Positions 35,557 to 49,937 of a stretch of DNA of 64,000 nt are shown here, in pieces. This DNA comes from the human T2T-CHM13v2.0 reference genome, Homo sapiens. The stretch is taken from the NCBI RefSeq assembly GCF_009914755.1, contig NC_060940.1; one strand, given 5' to 3'. Every line of letters begins with the position of its first letter. The stretch's first letter is position 1. Both the position numbers and the translations under genes were made by a program. The notes beneath the pieces were generated by a model. That model had not been told where the DNA came from. It saw only the letters and a list, made by a program, of their open reading frames with translations, and made no database searches.

Positions 35557-35939
35557 TCAGGGACACACAGCAGTGGTGGAGGGGGGAATTAATAATTATA
35601 AACAAAGAATACCATCTATCACAGTATGTCATTTTTCACTCTCCATCCTCTTCTCTCCCCTATTCTGGAAACATATGCCATGTGCTCTGGGCAGGCCTAA
35701 CCATCCCACCAATGAAGCAGGCACATGATCTAAGCCAGCCAATCAGAGTACTCCATTCACACGCTGCAGGCCATGGTGATTGGTTCAGGAATAGACATGT
35801 GATATAAATCAGGCCAATGAGAGCCTTCCCTGAGCCTTTTCTCCAGAGTTATGGGAAAGCAGCTCTCTTCCCTCTAGGGTTGCAAGGCAGGTGGGGTTTC
35901 AGTGCAGGGCTTATGAGGGGCCACGTTAATTTCCATAGC

Positions 35940-36060
35940 GAGCAGCACCATACAATCTGGTAGTGAAGATAGAAATGTTCTGCACCATCCAATGCAGTGG
36001 CCACTAGTCACATGTTAAATGTGACTGGTACAAATGAGGAACTGAATTTTAAATTTTAAA
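35940..36060. mobile_element. MER3-like DNA transposon fragment
   Basis: gaaatgttct...gccactagtcacatg...gaggaactgaattttaaatttta. Confidence 0.6.
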
Positions 36061-36221
36061 TGGAATAGAGTCTAAGGAATCAAAGAGCATTTGGTGATAT
36101 TTTTGGGCACCTGTGTTCAGGTGAAACTGACACCACCTAGACTTTGTAGTTCACAGGAGTAGATAATTTTCTTAGACTTGCTTAAACTAGTAGGGTTTCC
36201 ATCATTAGAAGTAAGAGTCTT

Positions 36222-36478
<257 letters not shown>

Positions 36479-37944
36479 TAAGGCCTCAGCAGCAGCATCA
36501 CCTCTATTTATTTAACCAAACTATGTGCCAGGCATTTGGCTGGTCACGTACATGTGTCATTTCGTGAGTCTTTCCTAAGCCTATCACAAGCCCAAGAGTC
36601 AGACTGCCCTGGGCCCAAATCCCACCTTCACCTACAATTGGCTGTGGGACTTTGGGCAAGCTACTGAACTTCAAGATGCCTCAATTTCCTTATCTAGCCA
36701 GTGTAGTTGATGGGCCATGAAGGCCAAGGGAGTTATTACATGAGAAGTGCCTAGACCCGTGCCAGGCAGGTAGAAAATAATCCCTCATGTTGACTATTTT
36801 TATTATTTTCATCCCGATCTTGAAGATGAATAAACCAAGCCTTGAGGAGGTCAAGTCACTTGCAAATTGACAAAAGTAAGACTTGACAAAGCCGGGATTG
36901 GAACCTAGGCCTACGATTCCCGAGTGTAAACTGTTTACCACTGCCTCATTCTGCTTGTGGCTTTTAAACTCTGTCCACAGTAACAATATAACAATAAGAA
37001 TAATATTAATAAGACTTAGCACTCATTGCATGGCCAACAGTTTAAATCCTGGGCAGTTCTGCTTCAGAGTCCCAGCTTTTAACTCTCAGAGAAAGGAAAT
37101 TATTCCTTATTTAATGTTCCTCCTGTCCTTCCATTAATACCAAGGAGAAAGTCTCAGCTTGGTGCTGATATGTTGTTAATGCCTCTATAGCACTTGCTAA
37201 TCTCTCTTTTGAACAAAGAGAGAGCCAGCCTCAGGCTCGGGGCAGATCATACTATCTAGAGGAGACATAATATGCCCCTTCCTTAAGCCTCCAGGCTTAG
37301 GCAGGAACTGCCTCTCTTCACAGTGCTGTGGTCCCCGGCAGCCAGAAAGGCAGTGGCTAGAGATGAGGAGGCCTGGGCTTCAGGGAGCTCTCAGACGCTG
37401 CAGCAGTGACCAATAGCCAGCTAGGCTCTCCCAGCCCAGGTTTGTTTTGGAGGGTGATGCATGGCAGGGCACCAGGCGACCCACATCAGCTGATGAACAG
37501 ATCCTCAACCTACGGAAAGCACCTTGCCTAACACGGGATCAGGAGCTGTATCTGAGGCCTGTTTCTGAGTACCTTCTCCACTGTGGTCAAGGTAAGGGTC
37601 CTTGAGCTGTTCCCTGCCTTCTCTGGGCCTCAGTTTCCTCATCTGAGAAACAGAGATAAGAATACCTACCCCCAAAGAAGGGTCCTAAGAAACAAATGAG
37701 AAAGTGCTGTGTAAAGAACTGAATGAATGTGAACTGTTGCCATTTTCATTATGTGAGTAGAAGTGCGTTATTTATAAGTGGAATCAGCAGCATCAAGTAA
37801 ACTGCTGACACCAGACTGAGATGGGATCGTTTGTATCATTCTGAATTATCTTTGTTTTTGTGTCTGTCTGTCTCACTATGTTTTGCTCTCCAGGGCAGGG
37901 ATCTTCTAGTCCATCTGGCATAGCAAAGGCATCAGCAATATTTG

Positions 37945-38250
37945 TTAGATGGATGGATTATGAATGATGGAAAAATGGATGGCTGAATGTGTAGATATAT
38001 GGGTGCATGAAGGGATGGATGGATGGATGGATGGATGGATGGATGGATGCATGGGTGGATGGATGGATGCATGGGTGGATGGATGGATGCACAGGTGGAT
38101 GAATGGATGGGTGGGTGGATCATGGGTAGATAGATGGATGGACTGTAGATGAATGAATGGATGAGTGGTCATGGACAGATGGAAGAATGATGGATTCATG
38201 GGTGATGGATGTATAATGGATGAATTAAAGATGGATGGATGATGGATGAG
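37945..38250. repeat. Imperfect (GGAT)n tract
   Basis: Read directly. Confidence 0.92.
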
Positions 38251-38606
38251 CAATGAAATCCAAATGCAGCTTAGGATGCAACTCTTGCTGAGTCAGGATT
38301 TTACTCTGGTACTGGATATCAACTACACAACACTCTCAAACTACAAGGATAGCGTGTGTGTGTGTGTGCATGCACGCACATGTGGGCCGTGTGTGTTCAC
38401 GCACGCACATGTGGGCAGTGTGTACAGACATGACAGGCATGCCAGCTCGTGGGATGAAACATCACAGATGGAGGGAGCTCCAACAACCCTGAAGGAAGAG
38501 GAAGAATGAATTTTCCAGGAGGGCCAGAGAAGGGCCTCTTCAGAAGGGAACTGCTTGTAAAAGGCACAGAGGCATGAAGAAGCTTTTTGAAGAAAGATAG
38601 AGAGGA

Positions 38607-39170
38607 TGTTCTGTGGTTCTGCCTGCCAGCATCCCTCCTCCCCTTGTCTAGTAGCAGAACTTTGATTCTCCTTCGGGGAACCAGCAGCTCAGTCCGTGAG
38701 TCTCTGTTGAGGCTAACTCCAACCCCAACTCCAGAGGTGAGCGGCTGACCCAAGCCTAGCCTATCAGAGCACCACATTCCTCACACCTCAGTGGCAAGCT
38801 TAGGGATGGACCCAAGCCCAACAAATGAGAGCCCTCTGGGGACTTTTACTGGTGCCAAACTGGGTGGATATAAACCTGGAGCTGCTGGGGCCACTACATG
38901 AAGAGGACTGCCAGAGAGTGAAACCAACAAAGGATGCAGACCTCTGAGAAATAGAAAGGGAAAAAAAGAGGAGACAGACAGAAGGACAATGGGAAGTTGA
39001 GAGAGATACTGAAACCAGTTGATGTTATATGAGCACCTGGATCCAGCTGAGACTGAAGCCCCGCTACCTTTTTCTTCACATAAGCCAGTAAAAATTTGTC
39101 TTTTTGCTTGTGCTGGTTTGAGCTGGATTTTGTCACTTGCAGCCAAATAAATTTCCCAATTCATTTTTGA
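38607..39170 (+). mobile_element. Ancient LTR (MLT1K/LTR16-class); donor of the inverted duplication
   Basis: tgagcacctggatccagct...gagctggattttgtcacttgcagccaaa 3' motifs. Confidence 0.55.
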
Positions 39171-39203
39171 ATCCCAATGCCCAGACCAGGAACTCGGGAC
39201 CAT

Positions 39204-39957
39204 AGGGATAGGATGGGATAGGATGGGATGGGTTAGGATGGAATGGGATGGGATGGGATGGGATGGGATGGGATGGGATGAGATGAGTTGTATTGGGATG
39301 GGTTGAGATGGGGTGGAATGGGATGGGATTGGATAGACTGGGATGGGATGGGATGGGATGGGTTGGGATAGGATGGGTTGGGACAGGATGGAACAGGTTG
39401 GGATGGGATGGGATGAGTTGTATTGAGATGGGTTAAGATGGGATGGGATGGGTTGGGATGGGTTGCGATGGAATGGGATAAGATGGGATGGGAGGGATGG
39501 GATTGGATGGGATGGTATGGGATGAATGGGGTGGAATGGGATGGGATGGATTGGTATGGGCTGAGTTGGGATGGGATGGGTTGGAATAAGATGAATTGAG
39601 ATAGGTTGGGATGGGATAGGATGGAATGGGATGGGATGGGTTGAGATGGGAATGGGATGGGATGGTTTGGGATGAAATGATGGGGTGGGATGAGATGGAA
39701 TAGGATGGGATGGGATGGGATGGGATGGGGTGGGATAAGATGGAATGGGATGGGATGGGATGGGGTGGGATAAGATGGAATGGGATGGGATGAGATGGAA
39801 TGGGATGGGATGGGATGAGATGGGATGGGATTGGATGAGATGGGATGGGGTGGGATGAGATGGGATGGGATGGGATGAGATGGGATAGGTTGGGATGGGA
39901 TGATGGGATGGGTTGGCATGGGATGATGGGATGGGATGGGAATGGAATGGAATGGGA
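39204..39957. repeat. Imperfect (GGGAT)n pentamer array, about 750 bp
   Basis: Read directly. Confidence 0.95.
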
Positions 39958-42536
39958 TTCAGCCTGGCTCATAATGATAACCACACCCATGCCATGCTGA
40001 GACTAGGAACATTATTATTTGCACTCACCTATTAACTTTCCCAAAGCAGGGTGTCCAAGAGCTTGAGGCTCCCTGAGGTTATGAATGGATGCACCCATTT
40101 GTTCATTAATGAGAGGCTTGAACACAAAGGTGGCCTAGAATTTTCTGCCTACTTTAAGTTCTCAGATTCTCTGTGGCAAGCTGAGAGACAGGCTCAGTTC
40201 TGACCCCAGCACACGGATAACCCTCCATAAACATCTGTTAGCTACATTAGTTAATGCCGCCTTATATAAAAGTTAACATAAATACAAGATTCACTTTCTG
40301 AATGTGCGTAGAGCTGTTTCTGACAGACGAACCTCCATGCCAGGGGCCTGAGAGCAGCCACTCCACAGAGATCACGCATTTCCTAATTCCTTGCCTTGAT
40401 GGCGGAGGGGAAAAACACATGCCCTGGGGCTCCAACAAGGAATTATAACCCCACTGGAAAGGAAAATAATCTGGAAGTGGAGAAAATTAGGGCTTATAAT
40501 GAAAAAGCAACCAGAATTCATTACAGCAAGATCACAGGGGAACTGTATCTCTTGGGTATTCAGGAGACACGGAAGAGAAGAGACAGCTCCGGCTCTTTTA
40601 CTGGAAGGTTCCTCTCCAGTGAGCACCTCTGACTTTCAGGGCAGAAATAGCTGGAGATGCATGAACATGATGGGAAACCCAGAAAGGCTCTTTTTCTTAA
40701 TTTTGGTATCCGTCAGACTTGGATTCTCACCTTAGATTAGGTAAAGCCACTGAAACAAGTAAGAAAGCCTCTAGGATCCAAATACAAGCAGCTGCACAAT
40801 TTCTTTCCATTCACTACAGGCCATGTTTGCTTTTGAAAATTAGAAAATTACAAAACGAATAACAAACACGAATGACAACATGCAGAGCTGGCGTAGTGAG
40901 AGTGAGACAAATAGATTCATACGTTGATGTATGCACAACGCGCTCTTCCAGGCGTCTCAGCCCATCCTGGGGCTGGCGGCTTCTCCGTTGATGTCTCCAG
41001 CCTGATCACACTTCTGGGCTCTGAGATGTATTTTGTTCTCTCCCTGTCTACTTGACATTGCCTCTGGGCTGTCACACAGACAGAACAAACATAACCCGGC
41101 CAGGTCTGAATTTAAGATCGCTTCCTTCCCACTAAATAAACAAACAAAAACCTCTTCCCACCTCAGTCTTCTCTATCTCAGTAATGGGCACAACCATCTC
41201 TTCAGGCCAAAAATCTAGGAGTTGTCCAAAATGCCTCTTCCCCTCTCACTCCACATCCAATTTGTCAGCAGATCCTATTGGCTCTTCCTTCAAACAATAT
41301 CCTGAGTCCATCCAGTTCTCTCCATCTTCCCACAAGGCCGAGGCACCATCATCTCACCTGGCCCCCCACCTGTTAACCCTTCAATATCTGCCTGCCTTCA
41401 TCCATTACTCCCCAGTCCTCAATCAGAATGCACTTTTGTTAAATGTAAGCCACGTCCTGTCACCTTCCTGCTTAAACGCCCTCAAAGGCACCCCAGTGTA
41501 TTTAGAATAAAGTCCAAATTTTATACTGCAGCCAATGAGGTTCTGCACACCAGGGTCCCTCTCTAGCAATCTGACCTCTCTCCTTCTACAATGGCCCCAT
41601 CAGCCTCCATGGAGTACTTCAAATCTGCCCACTGCATCCTACCCCAGGGCCTTTGCACCTGCCAATCCTTCTTGCTGGACCACTTCTTCCCTCTCTTACC
41701 GTCCTCTAGGTAACTCAAGTGTCACCTCCTTGGAGAAGCCTTCTCCGACCTCACTATCTGAAGGAGATCAGCTCCCCATCTACAACCGCCAGAGTAGAAC
41801 AGTGGATAGAGTGTGATGTGATGCCATTTATTTTTTAAAAATGAAATATTAACAGATGAATTCTTTAAAATGCCACCAGCGGTTGCCCCTGGGAGGGAAG
41901 TGGGTGACTGGGAATGAGATTTTTTGTACTGCCTTTGAATTTTAAACCAAGGTTCATGTTATTATTCCAAAGAACATAATTAAATCAAATAAAAAAGAAA
42001 AAAGTAAGGTAGGAAGGGGAGGAGGAAAGGAGGGGAAAGGGAGAAAGAGAGAAAGGAAAGGAGAAAAGAAAGAGAGAAAAAATACTCTTGGGGAATTCTC
42101 CTAAAGAGGTCATGCAACAAATAAATTGTTCTGTTCAAGAAAATAATCATTGTGTATTAAACTGTAAGGAAACAAAAAATTAAAATAAAATAAATGTCCA
42201 ACAACCCAAGAATTACTCAGGAAATAGTGCTCTGTGGTTAAGATGCAGTAGTATGAAGCCATTAATATTGATCATTATTATGACTATGGAAATTCAGAGA
42301 AATGTTTATGGGGATAATTAATGAAAAACAGACTACAAAAGAGTATATTAAGAAGAGAAAATCGCACAGTGGAAAGCGGAAAATTGTTGAAGAGAGAAGT
42401 TCCCTAGCTCCCATCCCCTCTTCAAGGGAGTCCACAGCGCACACACACATAAATGTTGGCAATATCTCAGCCCATCTTAGAGATCAGAGACCAGACTGAG
42501 GCTCACAGGGTTCCCATGCAGGACTTGAGACTTGGG

Positions 42537-43061
42537 ACTCATCCCATCCCATCCCAACCTATTCCATCCTGTCCCAACCCATCCTATCCCAACCCATCCC
42601 AACACATCCCATCCCATCCCATCCCAGCCTATCCCATCCCATCCCGTTCCACCCCATCTCAACCCATCCCAATGCAACTCATCTCATCCCATCCCAACCC
42701 ATCCCATCCCATCCCATCCCATCCCATCCCATCCCATCCCATTCCATCCCAACCCATCCCATCCTATCCCATCCTATCCCTATGGTCCCGAGTTCCTGGT
42801 CTGGGCATTGGGATTCAAAAATGAATTGGGAAATCTATTTGGCTGCAAGCGACAAAATCCAGCTCAAACCAGCACAAGCAAAAAGACAAATTTCTACTGG
42901 CTTATGTGAAGAAAAAGGTAGCGGGGCTTCAGTCTCAGCTGGATCCAGGTGCTCATATAACATCAACTGGTTTCAGTATCTCTCTCAACTTCCCATTGTT
43001 CTTCTATCTGTCTCCTCTTTTTTTCCCTTTCTATTTCTCAGAGGTCTGCATCCTTTGTTGG
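42537..43061 (-). repeat. Inverted duplicate of 38924-39418
   Basis: Reverse complement matches with 5 substitutions in the ~280-bp unique part; near-identical ORF translations on opposite strands. Confidence 0.97.
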
Positions 43062-43134
43062 ACTTGTCATCCCATGGGGTGACAACACAGGCAGGGGAGA
43101 GGCCAAGGTTAGGACTCAGGGAGCGCAGAGCTGA

Positions 43135-43361
43135 TCTGGTTTCTCAGCCTCCACACTGTGGACATTCAGGGCTGGATCATTTCCTAGTTGTAGGAGAGCC
43201 ATCCTGTGCACTGTGGGATATTTAGCGGCATCCAGGGCCTCTACCCATTGGCTGCCTATAACGCCCCCACTCCAGTCATGACAAACAAAAATGTCTCCAG
43301 ATATTGACAAATGTCCCTGGGGTGGAGGTGCAGGGGAATTGCCCCCAGTTGAGAACCCCTA
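43135..43361. mobile_element. MER20 DNA transposon
   Basis: tttctcagcct...aaaaatgtctccagatattgacaaatgtccctggg...cagttgagaacc. Confidence 0.85.
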
Positions 43362-43479
43362 TACTAGCAAATTACTTCTCTGACTGCCAGCTTGTCCATC
43401 TGTACAATGGAGAGAGGAGTGCCTAGCACACAGACAACATCTCTACCCACCCCATGTACTCACTAATTGCAGCTGTGTT

Positions 43480-43775
43480 TTATTATTATTGTTATTTATA
43501 GACAGTGTCTTACTCTGTCTCCCAGGCTGGAGTGCAGTGGCATGATCATTTAACCTCAAACTCCTGGGCTCAAGCAATCCTCCCACCTCAGCCTCTTGAG
43601 TAACTGGGACTATGGCCACGCACCAGCAAACCCAGCTAATGCTGTTTTTGTTTTTGTTTTTGTTTTTGTTTTAGCGGATGGGGTCTCACTATGTTGCTCA
43701 GGCTGGTCTCAAGCAATCCTCCCACCTCAGCCTCCCAAAGTGCTGGGATTCCAGGTGTGAGCCACCACGCCTATC
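43480..43775 (-). mobile_element. Alu (AluJ)
   Basis: Antisense dimer. Confidence 0.88.
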
Positions 43776-44624
43776 CTCAGCTGTATTTTTTAAAGTATTT
43801 GTACTTTAAATGGCTTTTAGAGTGCCTTTTAAATTAAAATAAAATAGGTGAGGATCTTTCTTTCATGGGAATCCCCACTGCTAGCTTTTCAGTAGCATGA
43901 CTTAGTGACAATTACTATTTACCATCTACTCATCTCCCTCACATAGACCCAACTGATTTTATAGCACACATGTACCCCATCACAAGAGCAGGCAGTGGGG
44001 GCTGTACCGGGACCATGTTTAATTAATAAAATATCGGGAAGCACTTTGCTACTGTAAGTACTCCATCATGATAATAGCCCCGACCTCCACACAAGGGTCT
44101 TTGTAGCTTAACAGCAGCTCAAGTCATAAATTGCTTTCAAGTCTTACTCAAAGTTTTCCAGAGGCTGCAAATGACAACTTAAGAATCAGAGATTTCCTCA
44201 TACAACCCCTCATTGCCCAGATGGAAAGTCTGAGCTCCTACCACCCCAGGGAGAGTGACCCATCTGACGTTCCACAGCTCATAAAGGACAAAGCGGGGAT
44301 GACAGTGGTTCTCCCAGCTTACGGGGCCACTTCACTGCTTCCAGACCCCAGTCCCTCAGGAAAACATCATTAATCCATGTGGGATTCATTTGGATCAGCA
44401 AACTGGGCCCTTCTGACCGAAAGCTGAGCCTTTGAGTGGGCCCCTTTATTTAGAATTAGCCCAAGAGTGAGGCAGGAGTGGGTGGTTTAGGAGGGGAAAA
44501 AACAGCTTGAAAAAAGTTATTCTTCCCCCACATCCACCCACACGCAAACTCCCCAAATCATCCGTGGGATGACAAGGCCTGGGATTACATCATCTCTCAA
44601 GTGGGCAACACGTACAAAATGGTT

Positions 44625-45145
44625 TAAAGATTCTCTGTCACCCAGAGTAGACTCGCCTGGCTCCCCACCACGTGGTCACGCAGGAAGGCACCGCTTATAT
44701 AACCCTGTGTCAGGAAACTCACTACCACCTCCCGAAGCTGCCTGAGGCCCCCAGTGCTTGCCAGTCCCCTAAAGGCCACAGGTTCCTCACTGCAAGTTCC
44801 TACGACTCCCTCTGTCAGAGCTTTCTCATGCCCTGGTATGTGCCCACCCAGCACCAAGGGCCGACTGAAAGTTAATGATGCCTTCAACCAGTGGTAGATG
44901 GGAGTTAGTGGAGAAAGACTCCAGTTCCCCCCTGGTCTGGGGGACAACTCAGGCACGCTCCTCACGTCTCCCAGGGCCCTCCACTGGGATTCCAAGTTGC
45001 CCCAGGACACTGCTTCGGCTGCCTCTCCTTTCCCATCACTCTGTCCCCCCCTTCACCAGGACTTCCTGGAATCCCTTCCCAAATCAACTGCTCAAATGCA
45101 AATTCTCAAATCCTAGTTTTAGGGTCGTCTTCTGGGAGACCCAGC
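44625..45145 (+). mobile_element. LTR16-like ERVL LTR
   Basis: Ends ...gtcttctgggagacccagcc; LTR16-like internal motifs. Confidence 0.5.
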
Positions 45146-45467
45146 CAGGTAGCAGCCAAGCAGCCAGTTCTGCTTTGAGCTGAGCTTGTTTCTATAAGGG
45201 CCTCTCCATCACTGTCTCTCTCTGATGGTGACTCTGGGGTCACGTAGGAGAAATCAGGACGCTTTTCCCTACAGACGTCCTGATGCATTTCAACACAGCT
45301 CCCAGATGTCCCCAGGCTACTCCCACTCCCAGTCTCCTCTTTCCTTAAGCATTTCTTTAAAATGCTTCTTTCTGTAGCCGGAAACTACGTTTCCCACATG
45401 TGTGACAGTCACATGCCTGGTTTGTACTCCCCAGAAGAGTGTGCACTTCACAGGGACAACTTTATCT

Positions 45468-45840
<373 letters not shown>

Positions 45841-46597
45841 TAGTGGATGAAGAAAACACAGCCTCAGTTTCCTCGTGGAGAAACTTCTTCCCCTCCAGAA
45901 GACCCACTCCAGTTCATCAATGTCCCTCTTAATGGAAGCCACCCAGAATCAAACACAAATGCTTCAGGTGGTCCCCTACTAGGGCAGAGAAGAGACAGAC
46001 CATCACCTCCCTCATGCTATATATAATATTTCTATTGATGTAACTCTAGGTCATGCTCTGGTTTGGGGAAACCACTTTTCACTGTTGATACAAAATAACA
46101 ATAACAACAATAGCAGCAGCAACAATGTAATAATAATAATATAAAAACCCACATGTATCTTTACTATGAGCCAATCCTTATTCTTCTATCAAATTGCAAT
46201 GGACCAAAGTCCCATGGAGTCTCTCACATGTTGCTGGACTCACCCATTAGATCCTGTTTGTTCCCTCTTTGGACCTGAGTATCACGAGGTACATTTTTCC
46301 ATCTAATATTTCCCCTCTTGGGATGCAGCCACCTCCAGCCTCTCCCCACCTCTCTGAACCCTAAGCCCTCCCATGACTGCCTGGTATCTACACGTTGGAT
46401 CCAAGGGCCCCAATCCCTCCTGTAGGTCATGGATTAAATGTAATCTCATCAGCACCAAGAAGAGCTACTCACCATGGGCTTCAGATCTCTCTGCCGTAGG
46501 TACAATTATTATCCCACCTTACAGATGAGGAGCTAAGGCACGGAGCAGTTAAACAATTTGCAGTTCCACATCCAGAGAATTCCTCACTGCTGATAAA

Positions 46598-46741
46598 TTT
46601 TGTTTTGTTGTTGTGTTTTGTTTTAGAGACAGGATCTTGCTCTGTTGCCCAGGATGGTCTGTAACTCCTGGGCTCAAGTGATCCTCCCACCTCAGCCTCC
46701 CAAGTAGCTGGAACCACATGCATACACTACTACATCCAGCC
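46598..46741 (-). mobile_element. Alu monomer / internally deleted Alu
   Basis: Short antisense Alu. Confidence 0.8.
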
Positions 46742-47774
46742 TAGAATTTGATCCCCCCCCAAATAACCCTGCTGGGGAAAAAGTATTTTAAGTTCATTTT
46801 ACAGATTAAGAAACTGAGGCTCCCAGAGGCTATGTGACATTCCAGGATCATGCTCAGGAAGCGGAAGAGGCAGGATCTGAACCCACAACCCCAGAGTCCA
46901 GCGGCCTTGAGGCTGCCCCTCTGGAGGGTCTCCCCTGAATCCTCCCTCCTTTCCAGGTGAGAAGGAGCTGGGGTGGAGGGAAGTGGGGACGTGCATGTGC
47001 AGTGTGTACATATGCACAGGAGTGTGGAATTGGTACTACGGGCGGTGGGGGGAGTCTGTCTCCATGGTTACCCTGAGCCCGAACAAAACATCACACACAG
47101 ATTACCGTAACCTCAAGCATCGCCATCCGTCCTCCTGGCGATACCCAGAGAGAGCAGACTGCAGGGCCTTCCAACCTGCCCGCCCGCTTCTGAGAGCCTG
47201 CCTTTTTCATTATGCCATGATTAAACCTGGCACGTTATACCAGCTAAATGTTTTCTAATTATTTACAGATTCACCTTCATGGCATCCCTTGAGATAATGA
47301 TCCCGCTGCACATTTCTGTAACATTCTGCCCACCTTCAAAAACTCAAATTGAGTTATCGAGATTATCTCATTGATCCTCCCACTTAAGGCTCTATCAGAT
47401 CCACAGAGAGCAATTCAGGTTGTTTTCATTTACATATAGGGATACTGAGGCACAGATGTGCAAAGGTTGCTGTCTAGGATTTGACTGCAAATTGGTGTGG
47501 GGGCTGCAGAGATCATCCTGGGATCTTTTTCTAACCTTAGAAAAGAGAGAATAAGTGGGTTTCATCTAAATGCCAATCCTAGTTATTGATAATGGCTCCT
47601 GGTCACCTGTGTTAGGAAGGATTCTGAGGGAGCATCTGAGATTTGTAGAAAAAACAATGTGATCAGTTAAGGATGTCGACCATGGGGAAGGAAGGGGGCA
47701 GTGCTGGCACCCATGCTGTGTATTTTCCATTCCACCCTATGACGTGGGAAATGCCCCTATGAAGGTTTCATGTT

Positions 47775-47975
47775 AGTTCCCAACCAGGAGCAATTTTGCC
47801 TCCCAAGAGATATTTGGCAATGGCTGGAGAGATTCATGGGTGCCACTGGCATCTAGTTGGTAGGAGCCATGGAGACTTCTAAAAACTCTACGATGCACAG
47901 GATTGGCCCCCCACCCCCACAGCAAAGAATGATCTGGTACCAAATGTTAACAGGGCCAAAGTTGAGAATCCCTCA
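47775..47975. mobile_element. MER20 DNA transposon
   Basis: caattttgcctccc...tttggcaatggctggaga...ggcatctagt...gttgagaatccct. Confidence 0.8.
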
Positions 47976-47979
47976 GCAG

Positions 47980-48306
47980 AACACATCCACACATACTCAT
48001 TCACACACACACTCACAGGCATGCACACATATGTGCACACACGCGCACACACGCACATACCCACACTTGCACACACACACACAAGCAGACATGTACGTGC
48101 GTGCACACACATGCACACTCACACGCACATGCACACACGTATGCACACATGCACGCGCACTACACATGCCTGTGCACACACATGCACATCCCCACACATG
48201 CACACACACTCACACATACACATTCACATACACACACAGATAGATACACATGCACACATACGCACACAGGCACATGCACACGCACACATATAAACACACA
48301 CACACA
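47980..48306. repeat. Imperfect (CA)n / alternating purine-pyrimidine tract
   Basis: Read directly. Confidence 0.92.
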
Positions 48307-49635
48307 ACAGTTTGGGCTTCTTTCCTTGGTCAACAGCAGATCAGAAGTCAACATGAGTATTTATACCTTCATATGTCCAAAAACAAAATTCCTGATTTTC
48401 TCCCTCAACCTGTCCCCGCGCCCCTCCCTCGTTTTTCTCCATCTCAGTAAATGGCATCACCCACCAGCTTCTGGAGCCAAAACCCTAAGGGAGACCCCTG
48501 ACTCCTCTCCTTCCCCTGCTGGCCTCATCATAGTCCTGTCCTTTCTTCCTGCAAAACAATGGCTGAGCCCGTCACCCTTCTCCACACCCATCACCATGGC
48601 CCTAGCTGCCATCGTCTCCTTCATGGACCGCTGCAGTCGCCTCCTAACTGGACTCCAGCCATTCACGCCTCCCTTCAGGTCCCTCTCCCACCCGAGGGCC
48701 TTTTCACTTGCGATTGCCTCCGTCTGAGGCTCTTTCTCCAGATCTCCACAGGGAGGCTCCTTTTTGACATTCCATTCTCAAGAGAAATGTCACCTCCCCA
48801 GAGGCCTCCCTCTTCTCAATCACTCTCCATCCCATCACTTCTCTTTTCTTTCACTGTAATTCTCATGCTCTAAAACCATCTTATTTGCTTATCTGTTGCC
48901 TCACCACATACTCCCCCAGAATTAATTACGAATTCGGAAGAGTAGAGACCCCATCTTGTTCACCACTGTATTCTCAACATCAATAATAATAATAATAGAA
49001 AAAAATGGTGCCTGGCATACAGTATGCACTCAAAAAAAGTCTAATAAATGAACGAATGAATGAAATGTCAAGGACGGATGCCCTTCCAGCAACCTAAGAA
49101 GAGACCCGCAGGACATGAAGATGCTCTCAGAGCCCCCAGGCCTGAGAGCCTTCCCTCCACTGGGCTCTGGCCCCTCTGGGCTTGCAGGCAGGTGGGGGAA
49201 CTTGCAGGTGGCTCTGGAGCCCCACATGCCCGCCCCAGGCAGGGTAGTGCTGACTGGCCGCCAGGGCATCTCCTAGAATCAGTTCAGGTTCAGCCAGACA
49301 CTCCTTTTCCATCCAGTATCCCCATCCCAGACCATCTCTCTGCGTTCCGAGGGCCTTATTCAGACCCCACAGCAGCAAATGTGTGCTGTGCACTGAGCCT
49401 GTGCCAAGTGCTAGGGTGAGGACTGCACCTCCGTGTCCTCTCAATCTCACATCAACCCCTAAGATGTTTGGTTTTTATGTCCATTTCATTGATGGGTAAA
49501 ATGAAGCACTGTTAGATTGAACCATTTTCTTAAGGTCACACGGAGGTAGCAATGGAAGAATTCCTCGCAGGACAAAGACCCAGTGTATCCTCTTTGATCC
49601 CTGATAGCTATCAGGATAAAGATACTGTATCAGAG

Positions 49636-49937
<302 letters not shown>

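Noticed and set aside
39233-39990. HPIPS-repeat ORFs of 228 and 185 aa
   Set aside because: Translation of the (ATCCC)n pentamer array.
38781-43225. Two near-identical ORFs MVPSSWSGHW... on opposite strands, as a gene pair
   Set aside because: By-product of the inverted duplication of antisense LTR sequence; the ORFs diverge exactly at the breakpoint.
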